This document shows positions 39,201 to 54,200 of a DNA stretch of 64,000 nt, in pieces. Source of the DNA: Phoronis australis (taxonomy: Eukaryota > Animalia > Phoronida). The stretch spans positions 832,341-896,340 of the forward strand of contig NMRA01000008.1 of the NCBI GenBank assembly GCA_002633005.1, in the 5' to 3' direction. The translations under genes were made by a program, and so were the position numbers. How positions within the stretch are numbered: the stretch's first letter is position 1; the number at the start of each line of letters is the position of its first letter. Under the pieces are notes generated by a model. It saw nothing but the letters and a program-made list of their open reading frames with translations. It did no database searches and was not told where the DNA came from.

Positions 39201-42200
39201 CTATCTATGGAACTGCAGATGCCAAATGTACATCATCCTTTATAACATTTAAAAGAATTATAAGAAATCTATTTAACTTCATGTAGATGTGTTCTGTTTA
39301 GCAATTTTACATTCAGTATATCCATATCAGACTATTTTTTATTCATGTGTACATATGGCTGTCCTTCGGGAGCAAGTTTTCGGATATACAGAATTGATTG
39401 AACGCATGACATTTTTCATTGTTCACAGTCTTTATTCCTTTACGTTCATATCTTTGGAATAAAACTACTCTCAACGAAACATAGGTAAAGTAAATGACCT
39501 AGCGACATAATTAAAAGGCACACGATATTTCGAAACATACCGGTACTTGTTTCATTCTCATCCGCCTTAGGCTACAACACTGGTGAATAATGGGTACACC
39601 AATGTTTTTGTAGACTTCCATGTTAAGCGGTTTGTTTCCAGAATTAGGTATGAAGTCCCTGCACGTTGGACCAGTGTGGCCAAAAAGTTACTTTACAAAA
39701 ATGTCTTGTCTAATAATTACCTCCAGGACGAACACGCCATTAAGAAAATTATTAGGGATAATATTAAAGTTTGTAAATCTGAGGATCACCTCCATGTTAT
39801 TATTTGTTATCGGAATAGAAAGTCCTCCAACTTGGTCATGAAAAATAACATTTCTAAAGTGAAAGTCTGCCCCGTTGCCCGGTGTAGTGTTGTTTATAAA
39901 TTTCTATGTCCAATGAACGAATGTCTTCGTTCAAACGTCAAACAGTGTTACATTGGTAAAACAGTTTGAAGTCTTTCCTGTCGCTTATCTATGCATCTTC
40001 AAAATGGCGCCATCCAAGATCATTTTCTGCAATGTCACTAACGTAAAATCACCCGTCAAGAAATCGTGGAAAACACGTCAATTCAGTATGTAGAGCATAA
40101 TGTGCCGCGATTGAAAGTATATGAGTCCCTTTTAACTGCATTTGAGAATCCTGTTTTGAATGAGCAGCAAACAGGGTCGTGCTGCACGTTACACTTGTTT
40201 GCGTGACATTCCTGTTACCCCCCTTCTTTAGTCATTCTTTGCAGTATTTCACACCCGCCGTGTCCCACTGTGTGTTTCATCAGCTTATGCTCTGTGGTGG
40301 CATTACTTTGTCATTTTATCTTCACTTGAGAACGAAACGAGTATTTTTTGAAATATCGTGTGCCTTTTAATTATGTGGCTAGGTCAGTTACTTTACCAAT
40401 GTTCCATTTAGAGTAGAGTTTTATTCCGGAGATAGGAACATAACGGAATAAAGACTGTGAACAATGAAAAGTGTCGTGTGTTCAATCAATTATGTGTACA
40501 TATGTGTATGTGTGTGTATTTAGTTGTGTATTCATGTGTTTGTTTGTTTTTATGTATGTATGTATGTATGTATGTATGTATGTATGTTAGTGTGTATTTA
40601 TATATGTATAACCATATGTATGTTTATGTATGTATGTATGTATGTATGTATGTGTGTATTTATATATATGTATGTATGTTTATGTATGTATGTGTTTATG
40701 TATGTGTGTGTGTAAGAGTGCATTTGTATACATGTGTGTATATATCTATTATGTCTTACTTTTATTAATTATTTTTTGTCTGTTTTTAATTATTTATATT
40801 TATATTTTAGTTAATTATCTTGTCTTACTTTCTTTATCTTCTATTCATCATATTTTATTTTTTATTTTGTTTCATCGGTCTTTCCATGTTAATTTCTTAC
40901 TCTTTGCTTATAATTTAAATATTGTCTTTCATCTTGTAATTCTGTTAGTTTGTCTTTACTGTCTGTGTGTTTTTACTGAGGGCCCTAATGGAAAGCAGTG
41001 TGAACTGATGGGGCCACCCTCATTGTAAATATTACATTAATAAATAAATAAATTAAATAAATTCCTGTAGGGTTCCATTTCTGTTACCATCTTTAATCGC
41101 TATTTTCAAATTCTCAGTTTTAAGCCGATTGTCTTTTAGCCATGTGAACAGTGCAAAGTGCAGCTTTAAATCTTGCATTGTCTTAACAGGAGTGGAATGT
41201 GTGACCACCTATCATGGCAAGCTGATTGGAGAACTGAGCAGGAAGGACCATGATGTCAGGGGTACCATCTATGCTGTGGATGCGAAACGCGTCAAGTTTG
41301 TGAAATTTAACTACGATGGAACCGCTCCAGGTACAATACACATGGCTTGCTTAGTAATAGGATTCCCGACTTAGAAAGCGAAGAAAATGTCTTTTTTCAG
41401 TAGAATAAGAGCAAGGAGCTACTGCCCTGCAGGGGTGCATCAAGGGGATAAGCGTCCATGCCAAGAATTATATGATGACACTTGGCTTACCTCAAACTCC
41501 AACTCTGCCTGATGTAATTGGCCCAGTTATGTTGCGCACTCAGTAGAATTAATGAGGAGCACAATATGGAAAGATTATAAAAACCTTTTTAGGTTTGTAA
41601 AAACCCTATGTCTTGTCCAGTTTTCAAAATTCAAAAACCTAATCATGTCCACTTCTCACGAACTATTCATGTGTTACAGGAGTACTGAACCGGACTTTGT
41701 TGAAGTATTCAGGTGTTGCCTAAGCTTGTTATCAAAAATAAGGTGCATGGCGTTCATAAGCATTTTGTTTGAATTGCGTACTCATATTGGTTAATGTTTA
41801 GCATATCGTATATGATGCGGCGTTTGTGATTTTCACGAGCAGTCTCAGCCGAGTCGTGTTTTGTTTTTCTTTCAAAATTCTTTATTTTTTTAATTCTTAC
41901 TGGTCGTAGGCATACGTGAGTGGCTCACGGTGAGCCGATAAGAAAATAATTGCAAAACAAACAGATCCACACTCTCTAAATTAAAGTATTTTTTCATTAA
42001 TTGTTACGGCTGATTCTATTCAAAATTATTCACATGGCAGTGGATATTTCTGTGCTGTACGTTGTGTACAACGCTTAGATTTTTTTAATATTTTAATCTA
42101 ATCTAAGTATTTATGTAACATCAACGTTCACAAATGCGGGTTTCGTTTGGACAGAGACGACCACACAAACAATGCTGCATATCATATCACTAAGTCGCTG

Positions 42201-45200
42201 TCAAACATATATGCTATTTATAAAGTAAATGAAGAACGATAAATTGGAACTGCTATTGTCGCCCCCATTGCATTTATAGCTGCTTTTACACGAGAGACAG
42301 TTGTCACCATGTCAGTTGTCACGGAGCGACTTGCTCCACTTTAGTCGCATTTACACGACATAAGTTCGCACACTGGATCAGCATGAGTCACTTAAACGAA
42401 AACTGTCTGGGCATGCTCGCACAAACGCACCTGCACCAGACCAGCTGTTCAGTGTTAGCTGCACCAGATCAGCTGTCTTTTGTGTAAATGCGACATTTAT
42501 CCGAGAGACACGTGACCTGGCACACAGCCAACACAGGATGAGTCTGATTATGTAGAGAATGATAACATCAGCTGCCTGGATCAGTGCTGGCAAATATTGA
42601 GGTATGCAAACCGGTCAAGTTGCCCAATCTCGACCGCTGAGGGTGTCAACGTAAGATTGTTTTCGTGCCACGTGATTGGCTGATGACACCCAGTGAATTT
42701 TGAGCTTCAAATTTGCACATTCACTGACGTCTCATTTAGTGAGTGCCTTGCTCCACTAATTTTACCCGCTGCTCAGTAGTTATTTTTATCTCAGTCTGTT
42801 ACCTAGTAAAACTACAGGCTTTTTTCCCTAACTTAATCTTTTTGACTTATTGATCCAGAATACTTCACCGTCTTTTTGTCTAACTTTTTATATGGTCACA
42901 CACCATTTTTAAGTAAGCCGCTGATAATTTATAATGATCATGATAAAGTTGAAAAATACGGACCTGACTTTTGAGGCTGTTCCTCAAATTGTGTTCATTG
43001 GGTATGTAATATTTACCAAATTTTAACAGTCAAGCTCTACTATTTGAATATCTGCATCTTTCATGATCATTCCAAAGAATGAAACTACAATATTTCTTAA
43101 AACCTTTAATATCGTCATATGACCAAGTGTTGGTTGATGTCTTATATACAATAATTGATCTGCGTGTATCAGCGCAGAGTACTGTTCTCCGAATTATTCT
43201 CGTTTCTGACCTATTTAAACCTTGATAATTTTTGAACGACTTGAGATTAGTTTCTAAAATTTCACACAAGTCACTTTGCCAGCAATTTGAAATATGTTTT
43301 TATGATCCAAAATGCACTGGAAGAGGGCAAATGGTGCAAAATAATTCAGAATGTTTCATTTCCATTAAGGCAAATTGATACACAATGTGGCCACACTCTA
43401 GAATCTAGTGTGTCATCAAACCATATTCTTTTGTGCATGTGCATACCCAGGGTAGCTCAGGGTGCTCGAATGAGCCCCCCTATTTGACAAAGTGGGCAAA
43501 AAGGTCCGCCTTAGAGAAACAAAAAGTCCGAGAAAACGAGACAAAAATCCAAAGGAATTCCGCACAAATGCACAATTCATAGGTCTGAACGTAGTACCCC
43601 ATTTTTTCGTTCCCGTTTTTTTCAATGAAAGGTCCACATACTGAAAAATTCAAGCCCCTCTATATTTTAGGCTGGGTGCACGCATGTTGTGCTATTAATT
43701 AAAAACCTTTACAGTCCTGTTTAATTACTGTCCAAAACATTCTGTAACAACTCTTCCATTTGGGTTGAAGATAATGACAAAGTTGTATGTGTTTATACTT
43801 GTTAAGTTCGTGCAACATTGTTGCAGATTACTGAACTAATGTACCAAAATGTTATTTGGTTACAGTATAAGCCGTGTTAACAATCATAATGAAGAAAATT
43901 TTTGTTGAAATCTGTTTTTGTTGAGAAATTATACAAAATGAATGGTCATTGGCCTGTCATATCGTGTTGTAAATATTGAACAATGTTTGTCTGTGTACCA
44001 TATGATGTTCTGTTCTAGACTGCGGATAGCATCTTGTCTTGTGAGTGGAAGTGTCATAAATCACTGGTTCATTACCAGGGAAGGGTTGATTTTGATAGAA
44101 AAAATGTGTTCACTCTGAACAATTTAATTTGACCCTCTGCCATTATGCACTCTCTGATCGCTTTATTATCAGGACTCTTGTAATTATATGTTTTTGTTTC
44201 CACACTGTAGAAACCTGAGTTTGTGGACCGCGTGAAAGTTATGATATTGTTTGTTTTAGATGCCTTCTTCTGGTTTGGCATGAAAGGCAAGTCTAGTAAC
44301 ACAGTCGATGGTACTGGTATCAAAGTTCCGGATGAAAATAACAGGTAATGAATGCAAAATAACACGTAATGAATACAAAATAACAGGTAATGTATGGAAA
44401 ATTTAAAGATTTACTTAAACCTGATAATGGGGTTATTTTCCACAGGAATGAGGAGAAGTTTCGATTCATATATTAATAAATAATTTATGGAATACAGGGT
44501 TTCTTAAAGGTTTCATTACCTGAACTGTTCTTGAAAGCCGTTTTACGAATTGTTTTAAGATCTTCCAATTTTGCATGAGGGCCTGTAAAATATTATTATA
44601 TGACTTATGAAGTACAACTGCTTAAGAAAACAAAACGGTATTTTAGAAAACAGTTTTGATATCTCATCTTCAGAACTTGCCGGTTCAGATCAAAGATACC
44701 AATCTGTTGTGTCTGATTAAATCATCTCAGGATACCGATGTTACGATTCGCTAGATAATGAGACCATCGAACCATGTATTTACCATGTTAGCTTATATCC
44801 CTTCAACAGAAAGAATAGCATCGTTTCTGGCTAATGGTATTTCTTTGCAAAAAATGATTCCAATACAGCTTTTAACAGGGAATTCAGTTTCAGAAGTCAA
44901 ACAGATAAAAAATCTCCAGATTTAATCCACAATAGTTCAATTTATTTCATGCAGTATTTTATTACCTCAATGCAGTAACAGTTCTGCTCTACACAAAAGA
45001 AGCTAGATCAGCATTTCTGAAACATTCTGTCTTCCGTCATCTGTATAATTATGAATTCCTTGACTGAAGTTCATACAGCCATGGTGTGAGCAAAGTTTCT
45101 AAATGTAAAGCTGCCATAAAACCACCTCCTGTCAAAGAACAAAACGTTATATGACTTGCGTTAATTGAACGAGGCTTAATTTGCCGCACCTCACTCAAAT

Positions 45201-48200
45201 GTGGCGATTTCTGGGCTTGGCTAAGCTGACACTGTGTATTGCTTGAGACAATGTTCAGAACATAAAATGACCCTCCAGAAAAGCAATTAATGTGAATAAG
45301 GAAGAGGCTGAGACCAGTTTCAGTGCGGAAAGTACTGGGTGGTCTAATCAGGTGTTATTTGACAGAACTCTGTTTATAGCAGCTTTAAGAGATATGTGTC
45401 CAAGTTATTTAACTTCATTTGTAGATCTAGATGGGTGTGTCGGTCTGTCGGAAGACTCCCCTGCTTGTACATTGTCAGGCCACCTCTTGACTGATCCTGG
45501 ATCTTTGCCTGACCTCAGATTAATTGGTCTTCCAGTAAACTAGATTGACCTAATAATCCTGCTTTGTTTGGTATTCCACTTCAGAGACTTGAAACTGCGA
45601 AAATATTCTGACGAGACATTTGTGCTGACGTTACCTGATAATTACACACTGACCGACGTTTTGTGGATCTCCATCTGGTGTCGTGATTTTAAAGTAAGTA
45701 TAAAGCTGGTTCTAGCATAGGCCCAAAAATCTGGTCTGTAGTGTGCTCAATAGGAATTAATATTGCTACTGCATTGCGTAACAGTTCCTTGCACGAACAG
45801 GCAAGTACCTAATGTGACTTTGTGAAAATTTTGTGGTATGAGATTCAGGACTCTTTGTTGTCTGCTTAATTGGACTACATGACAAAAATGTTATTTAACA
45901 GAATTAAGGAAATGTACAAACAAAAACATTATTAAAAACAAACTTGGAAAGTTTATATATTGATACATCATATGTTGGAAGATCACAATCGATAATGTTA
46001 AAAAATTGTGATGAAATCAAGTCCTTCAGATGCATTGTAGATAACGTTTAGATAAAACTTATTATATTCAATAAGAAGGGCACTGTGTTAACAATAGCTT
46101 TTGTGTTTTTCATGGAATGGAATAAGAAATCCGCTTGTAGTTGTTGAGCAAAATATGAGTCAGAATGCCTTGGGGAGATATATAGCTGCAGCATTATAAA
46201 GGCCATCTGAAACTTTTTTGGAGATTGCAGACATGCATAATATTAGTATTATATCGCCACAATTGATAGGGCATTTGAAAAAAGGTTATTGGGAGGGTGC
46301 AGTATTTCCCTGAATATGTCAATAGGGTGTTAGATAACATTGAATTACCTTTTGGTTTGGTGCGAGACATTCAGCAGCAAACTGCATTTTTAAGTTTTAG
46401 CAAAATGTAGGCAATGTCTAATGTAAAAATGGACCTTTTGTTAATTTATTTAAAGTGGCTATGAACAAGTGTTATGTCAAAGTTTTAATTTATATCTTTT
46501 ACTGGTCTATACAAATGGTCTGAACTTTACAAGAGAAGTGATTCTGGTCTTGCAAAGAACTGACTGTACGTTATATTGCTTGGAGTCATGCTCAGTGACT
46601 AAGACCTGCTGTTACAAGGCAACTTATGTTACAAACAGTAGAACTGTATTAAATTTACTGAAACTGCATTTCTAATAATTTATAAACCTGTTTCATAAAG
46701 GAATCAGGATTGGACGGTAACATATTTTAATAAATGCCTGATGTCAAATAAAATTTAGGCCTCCAACACATGCATTTTAGTCCTTGAAATGGACAGTTAG
46801 TAAAAATATTTTTTTAGTATTTGTCATTTAATCATCATGCTATGGTTTGTAATAGAGCCTAGTTTTGGAGCACGTCCTTAATTTATACACCCCCTTGGAC
46901 CCCATTCCAATCTTTATGGTATTAACCCACCACTATTTCATTCCAGGTCAACTTTGGTAGCGTTGATATGACTAGCAATTTTGTACCGCCAGCCCCTCTA
47001 AACATTGGCGAGTTCTCACGCCTTGCTCATCAAGTGAAATCTGGGATTGTGACGATTCAGGACTCCCGTACATTCTTCATCCGTGACTTGCATTATGATG
47101 GAGGTGGCCCAGGTAATGAATGAATTGACTGAGTGTAGAGGTGACCTCGCATTAGGCAGCAAGGTCAGAATAGACCGAATGGTCTATTGACAGAAATAGA
47201 TTATATAGTGAATTAAGTCAATTTGTTGAAAACCTAACTGGCTATACAGCTCCATAATTGAGTGAATGTGTCTAATTGTGGAATAGACTAGGCACATGTG
47301 CCTAAACTGGGCGACGTTTGAGTGGGAACCAAGTGATATTTTCTGGGCGATCAAGACTTAACCCATTTTTAAAAATATAGCCATGAGTTTTAAAAGTGTA
47401 CACTTTTAGTATTTGTTATAAACCTTGCTTTAAACTAGTTATTTCACCCAGAGTGCATTGGCTCTAGACGCTGTGTGTTTATTAAAAAATCAAGGTGCAC
47501 CTATAATCTAAACACCGCATGCGCCGAATTGTGGAACTTAGGTGAATGCGCCTTTTAGCGGACAGTTGAAAAAAAAATTGTGTAAAAAATGCATTGTTTG
47601 GCATAAAGGTGCATGTGTTTATTTGCAGGGTTATATGGTACTACACAGAAGCTGTTATGTACAGATCTATGCATACAGTCTTGTCTTAGACTGTATTAAT
47701 CTACAGTCTTTGGTGTCTGATAGTTCTTTTAATGACTGAGACCTGTAGCTGACGATTTAGATAACAATTTGCATATTTGTTGTCAACACCAGTTGACTGT
47801 CCATCCTCTCGTCTGTGTGCTTAGTATTTTGAAATTCTTTTTTATTCCTTCAAACTTCCATAACAGTTACTATTCTTAACTGATATATAATTAATAGAGT
47901 TTTTACTTCGTTTGCACAAGCGAGTCATATTGTTTTAATTGTCTGGTTGGTATGCAGGATTTTTTTTGCATGAAGTGAAATGAAAATTAAGGAAAAGCAC
48001 GCAGTTTCTACGAAATAAAAATCAATGTGAGTCTGAATTAAAAACAAGTTTTCTGGGTCCATGTACATGTTCACGTACATGCACGTGGACGGATCTTTGT
48101 CTGGTCTTCATGGCTGTATCTCTTAAGCTTTGTAGTTCTGAAGGATCTTTGTGAAATATGAAGATTGCAACAAATGATGGATCTAAATTACTGCTGTTCC

Positions 48201-51200
48201 ACCCAGTGACAATTTTAGTTTTTTGCATTTGTATCCAAGTCGAGCGGATCTTTTTGAAATTTGACGTGTTCATATGAAAAAACCAATGCTACCCTAGAGT
48301 TTTAGTAATTTGAACGGACTTCTGCTGCACACTTTGGTGGCAGTTTTAGTAATGCACGTGATTCCTGTTTTGGTGTCCGTCTCTATATCGTCATGAAATT
48401 TGAAAGATACTTTAATTCCTATTGATGAGAGCACCTCTGTTGTGACTTTTTTGGACCAATCCAAATACCATTGTGTCCTGCAATGGTAGTTCTATTGAAC
48501 CTGTGTCATTATCTACCAATAGTTCAAATGAAGGATCATTTATGACCAAAATTCGTGTGGGATATGTTCCTTTTGAGGATTGCATATAGGCTCACAATGA
48601 TTTTTGGATGTATCCGAATACTGGTTATCCACCAATTGGCAGTTTTACTTTTTTGGCGCATTCATTATTCCTCCTAGTAACAGGTTTTAATCTACCAAGT
48701 CCTTGGACAGATTGTAAGATTCAACAGATTTGCTTCTTGTGAAAAGAACTTGGGGTGATGTTGACTTGTATAAATCTGACTTCTGCCTATTATCTTCTAG
48801 TACCTGGTAGCCGTTTTATTATTTTTTTTTTCTACACCTGTCACCAATTGTCATGGAATTTAGTACGTGTATACCTGTTAATGAAAGGTATGGCTGCTGC
48901 TGTGCCCCCGCTTGTGGCAATTTGGACTTTGGTGTTTGCTTGAAATTAATATGTTAAGTTCCTTGGTGGAACTTCATAAAATTTTACAATTGTGTCTTTA
49001 AGTTTAAAGAGCAAGAATAAAGAAGCATTTGCTCACTTTTGCAGAGCTATGGGATCATTTTCAACCCCATTGACAATTTTTTTTGTGTAGTGGGGATTAA
49101 TTTCATGCCAGGCCTCCTAGTGGCAGTTTTATTTCTTGCATTTTTTTAACGGTCTGCCATGTTTATGAAAAACTTTCATGAAATTTGGCAGGTAAGATTT
49201 TATACACTCAGGCGAATTACATTAAACAAATGAACATGCCAGTCATTAATCTTATTGTAAATTTTAGATGCTTTCTTTTGGGTTGGCACTGGATCAAATA
49301 CCCACAAAGGTAACAAGATTCCTGATGAAAACGGCAGGTAATTACAATGTCTACGACAATTTCTCTTCAAACTTCTCTCTATATTTGATGTCTTATCCAT
49401 TTGTTGTAAGTTGTGGTTAATCTAAAATTTATTTCTCAAATGCAATTTACTCAGTTGTTGTGTTTTACCTGTTAATACGAAAGCTGCACATCGAAGGCCT
49501 TTTGGGTAATCAACTCCGCATGGTGAGTCTTTGTGACAGCTTCTAAATGTCTCCAGGCCTGCACAGTCTGTCTGTACATGTTTCTGCATCGAAGCATGTG
49601 CATAATATGATAAAAGCTTTCTAATGTCTGTAGTTTACAGTTTTCAAAATAAACTGAAACACTCATCAGGCGAATTCTTGATGTCGACCATCACTTGACT
49701 AGAATTACAGTATTATAAGCAATATGATGGTGTAACTTTTGTGCCTGCGCCCAAATTTGGCTAACTTCCGAACATCATATCTCCAAAATCGTTGATCTTA
49801 ATGTTATGTAAGACCTTAGAAAAATGTCCAATTTTGGCCAAGTTGTAACACTGTATCTCAGAAGTGACTGATTGGTTCATGTAAAACTTCATGTATGCTT
49901 TACCCACTGTTCTACAAACTGCTGTCAGGAATTGTGTGAGAGACTATATATTAGTTTTAATGGAAAAAACCTTAAATGATTTTCATGAAAAATATTTGAA
50001 GTTGCATAAAACGAAAACAAAACAATAATTTAGAAAACTGTTGTAGCATTTTTGAGACTTTATCTTGAACATTTATATCAAAAGAAATTTGGCTATGTTG
50101 TTGAACCTTTTGTTAATGCTATGATCGCTCCTTTCTTTTTTGCTAAATTTTCTTACAAAAGGGAGGTCACATGACGAAAGTAGTGGCAGATTCATTTATA
50201 GCCAAGTATCAAATTCTACGGATTTACTATTTTTAGAAAATACATAACTTTCTTGGTGAGGTAAACTCTACTGTTTTTTACAGATTTGGCTACGTGTACA
50301 TGCAGTCTTGTCGATAAGGTCTTACATAACCTTATTAAGTAAAGTTGGTGCTTAAATTTGGCAAAAAATCTTTACGGTAATTCTCTGCCTATTTCACTAA
50401 AGTGGTCTGCATGCCATGGGAATGTACACTCAACGCCAAACATAATCTGACGAAATAACATTTCCTATCGAGTGTAGGGTACTATAGATGGTTTAAATTC
50501 CTCTCGCACTTAGCCCTCTTGTTGGGGGAATTCTTTTGTTGTTAAAATGGCATAAAACGAGTGGTTAACCAAGCTTTTTGACCTCAAAACATAGGTAATT
50601 TTTGTCCTGCTTAGTTTGAAAACTATAATAATTAGTTGTTCGCTGAACAGTCAGACCGTGTTCAAACGTGCTGAGTTCATTACAATCACTCCTTGTAACA
50701 GTCCTGATCAATCGCAGGCTATAACCGTGTTCATATTTTGGTTACAGCTAACTTTGGTTACTAAGTCCCGGGTGGTTTGTTTGAATGCTATTTGTTTTTG
50801 TTATATGTCTGTGTAATGTTTGCCTTCCAGGACCAGTAAACTGCTTCAGTACTCCGGCCAGGATATCACTGTTCGACTTCCCCCACAATACACTGTGTTC
50901 GACATAGACTTCCTGTCCATGTACTGTATCCAGGCAACTCAAGACTTTGGTAACGTGAAAATTCCTGAAAAGCCCAATGTTCCTCCATATTTGAGTGCCA
51001 GTGAAATGGTAATTATCGAATTGTGCCGGACTTGATATCATTCTTCATTTTGCTATTTATTGACCAAGTATACATCAGTGTTCTTAAACTGTTTACACTT
51101 TATTGCAGATCTGTTTACTTAAATTATTAAATATTTGAATTTGCATGCTATCACTAGTAAAATCTTGAAAGTCACACATATAAAGGTTGTAGGACCTTAT

Positions 51201-54200
51201 CAGTGAAGTCTATGTTAATATTTACAAAACTGTAGATTGTACATTTTACCTCGATAAAAGCTCATTATTTTCTGAAAGCAGAAACCTGTAGAATTTGATG
51301 CTGTACTTCATCATATCAGCAATAGATTGGGTCATGTGCCCACGTCTTTTTAGTAAAATTTAGCAAAAAGCAAAGGTACGTCCCTATCAAAACAACAGTA
51401 TCAATGACATGGCCAAATTTTGTATGATGTAAATGTTCAGGTTAAAAACTCAAAAATGCTGTTATAGTTCTCCAGATTATTATTTTCGTTTCTATTACTT
51501 TTTTCACAAAAATTGTAAAAGTCCTGTTTTAATAGACCCTCATGCACAAGTGGAACAAATTAAAAAAATAATTTCTAACAGATTTTTCTTGGATCCTGTG
51601 TAACCTGAAGCTTAAACTTAGATTGACTTTTTACTTAACTGCTGTAGTTGTGCACTTTGCTTGCCATTGGTATTGATTTGGCATTCGCATCGCTTTATGA
51701 CCTTTATTGTGAATTGGCGTTTGCGCTTGAACATAAATTTGCTTGAAGACATTTCTATTGGAAAAAAATTTCAGCAATAGCCCTCTGGTTATTGTATTCC
51801 CTGAGTTCTTCCAGTATCTGGACATTGATCAAGTGCCACGAATATATAGTTTATTCTTCTCTTAAAAGCTTTGTAATTCTTCAGTGTACAGGCAGCATTT
51901 TGGCCGGCACGTAATTTTATCGACCTTTGTTCAGACAGAAATGCACATAATAAGGTCATCCAAAAGAGTGGTTAATATTTACAAATTCCTGATACGAAAT
52001 GACCATTTGTTTTCATTGGTTAATATTTGTTTAAATTTGATTTAAACACTATAATATCGTTAACGCATTTTGCTTAGCTTCAGACCCTTACAAAAATAAA
52101 CTTATAAGTTTTTGGTCGGAAAAACTTAAGTTTTCATGCACAAAAACTTAATAAGTTTTTGGCAAAAACTTAAGTATTTTGGAACAAGTTTTTTGGAACA
52201 AACTTAAGTTTTCATAACTTCTAAAAACTTAGGTTTTTTGAAAACTTAAGTTTATGGTACTTAAGTTTTTCAAAAACTTAAGTTCTGAAAACTTAAGTTT
52301 GTTCCAAAAAACTTGTTCCAAAATACTGAAGTTTTCCAAAAGCAATAAGTTTCAGTAGGACAGGCAATCAAAAATTTCGATTTTCGCTAAAACAAGAGAG
52401 GAGTAGAGTATCAAATTTAATGATTTTCATACATTTAACAAAATAGGGTTCTATTAACATTTCATTTACAGTGATTAATTGCAGAAAACAAAATGCACTT
52501 CATAAAATACATAGTTCCTTAAAATAAGTGAACATAAGTGAAATACAAAAATCTCAAAAACCAGAAACATTTCAAAAATCAGTTCATCAAATTTCATAAA
52601 TGCAATGCAGTGAAAACTAAATCAGGCGAATAATATATTCATATTTGCATCGTTCTCAGTCTACGACAATATGCGAGAACTGAGGGATCAAAATGGAATG
52701 TAATACAAACAGAGAAATCACTACCAAATCATGAAACACAACGAAAGAAAAAGTGATCGATGCATACACATGCACTTTTAAGTTTGTAAACACCCAACAT
52801 AATTAAGTATCAAATTTTATTTCATTGTATTGAAACTTAATTTGCACAGTCAACTCCTGGAATTGCGTCTTGTAGTCAGTTTGAATCGCACTTAATGTAA
52901 CAGTTGGAAAAATATGTTAATAAAAGTACCAAAAACAACATTATGAAATGTGAAGTTTTCAATGACGAAACTCACTGTTTTAATTCATTTAATGACCAGT
53001 AGTGCTGGGACTCCTGCAGGGTTTGCTAGAAATTCTGTTCTTTTTAAGTGTTAAAAAAATAATAATTGCAGGCGGTCTGATACACGTTGTATCAGACGTG
53101 CGCAGGCCTCGCATGTGGGCCCATTGCACTGATCACCTGGAAATATTTTTATGCTTTATTGATATATGGTTAAAACCGAGCTGAGGAGCTAGAAACCAAA
53201 AACAGTTTTAATCTGTAAGAATGATTGATGTTGGTATTCTGACCTCATTTCTTTGATGATGATTTAGGGCCTGCAAAACTGTGAATCTGTACATGACACC
53301 ATGCAAGTGGCTTGGCAAGTGTTAGATGACGAGATTGTCATTGAACTGAGTGGCCAGATAGGTGAGTGACCAAGCGCTGTTTGATCCATGGATATTTCAT
53401 GGGGGGGGCTAACCACGCTGTTCTGTAGCCTAAACAGCGTCATTAGTTTTCTGTTGGCTTCTGGAAGGGGTGATGTGGCTCCTTGCCCAATCTGCCTGTG
53501 CTGGTGAATGACAGTTGTTTAGAATGAATTTTGGGGTATCGTAAAGTTTCTTTTAATATAATTGTGCCCTCATTATGTGAGCTGCTTATTGCCATTATCT
53601 CTGTGTGTGTGTGTCTGTGTGTCGGGAATCCACTGTACAAGAGCTTCGCTTTATGTGTTCCTATGCAACTGATAACAGTCGATAACAAGTTTTAGATGGA
53701 TACCACAATTTCTTTGCCCCCTTATGTCAAATGTAATTTTCTACATTTGCATTCCTGCAGCTCCGTTTTTTTTTTACTAAGCTAACCCTTTCAGCAACAT
53801 TGTGAAGTATTAACATAAGGCCAAAGTTAGCCTTGTGTCTCTTTTTGATCCATGAAACAGACCACAGATTGAACTAATTTCTTAACATCAATTCTGATTT
53901 CAGAGTCTGGTCAGTACATGTCGTTTGGTGTAAGTGGGTCTGATAGCCGTACTTCAATGGACAACGCTGACGTTACCGTCGCCTGGTACACACAGGCACG
54001 TGAGCCTAAAGCTGTGGATTACTTCATGACCTCTAGATCACAGGTAAATCATTATGAAGGCTTGTATCAAAACATCACATTTGAATGATGACTCAATTGC
54101 CGGTAACTTTTTGCCGTCATTGATGATGTGTTTGTGTCAGTTTCATTGAGTTTTTTGATAGTGCCATTGATGGTATCATCATCACCTGTGTCTTTGTCAT

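Noticed and set aside
39967-39969. In-frame TGA in the PLE endonuclease as selenocysteine (reported for some Naiad PLEs)
   Set aside because: Not at an evident conserved Cys position, a second in-frame TAA follows at 40039, and the element is truncated; simple decay (e.g. CGA to TGA) is more likely
40457-41028. Cys/Tyr/Val-rich and hydrophobic ORFs
   Set aside because: Translations of the (TATG)n microsatellite and T-rich low-complexity DNA
49630-49675. Minus-strand CTGATGA hammerhead candidate
   Set aside because: A stem II is possible but the required GAAA and stem III/cleavage triplet are absent
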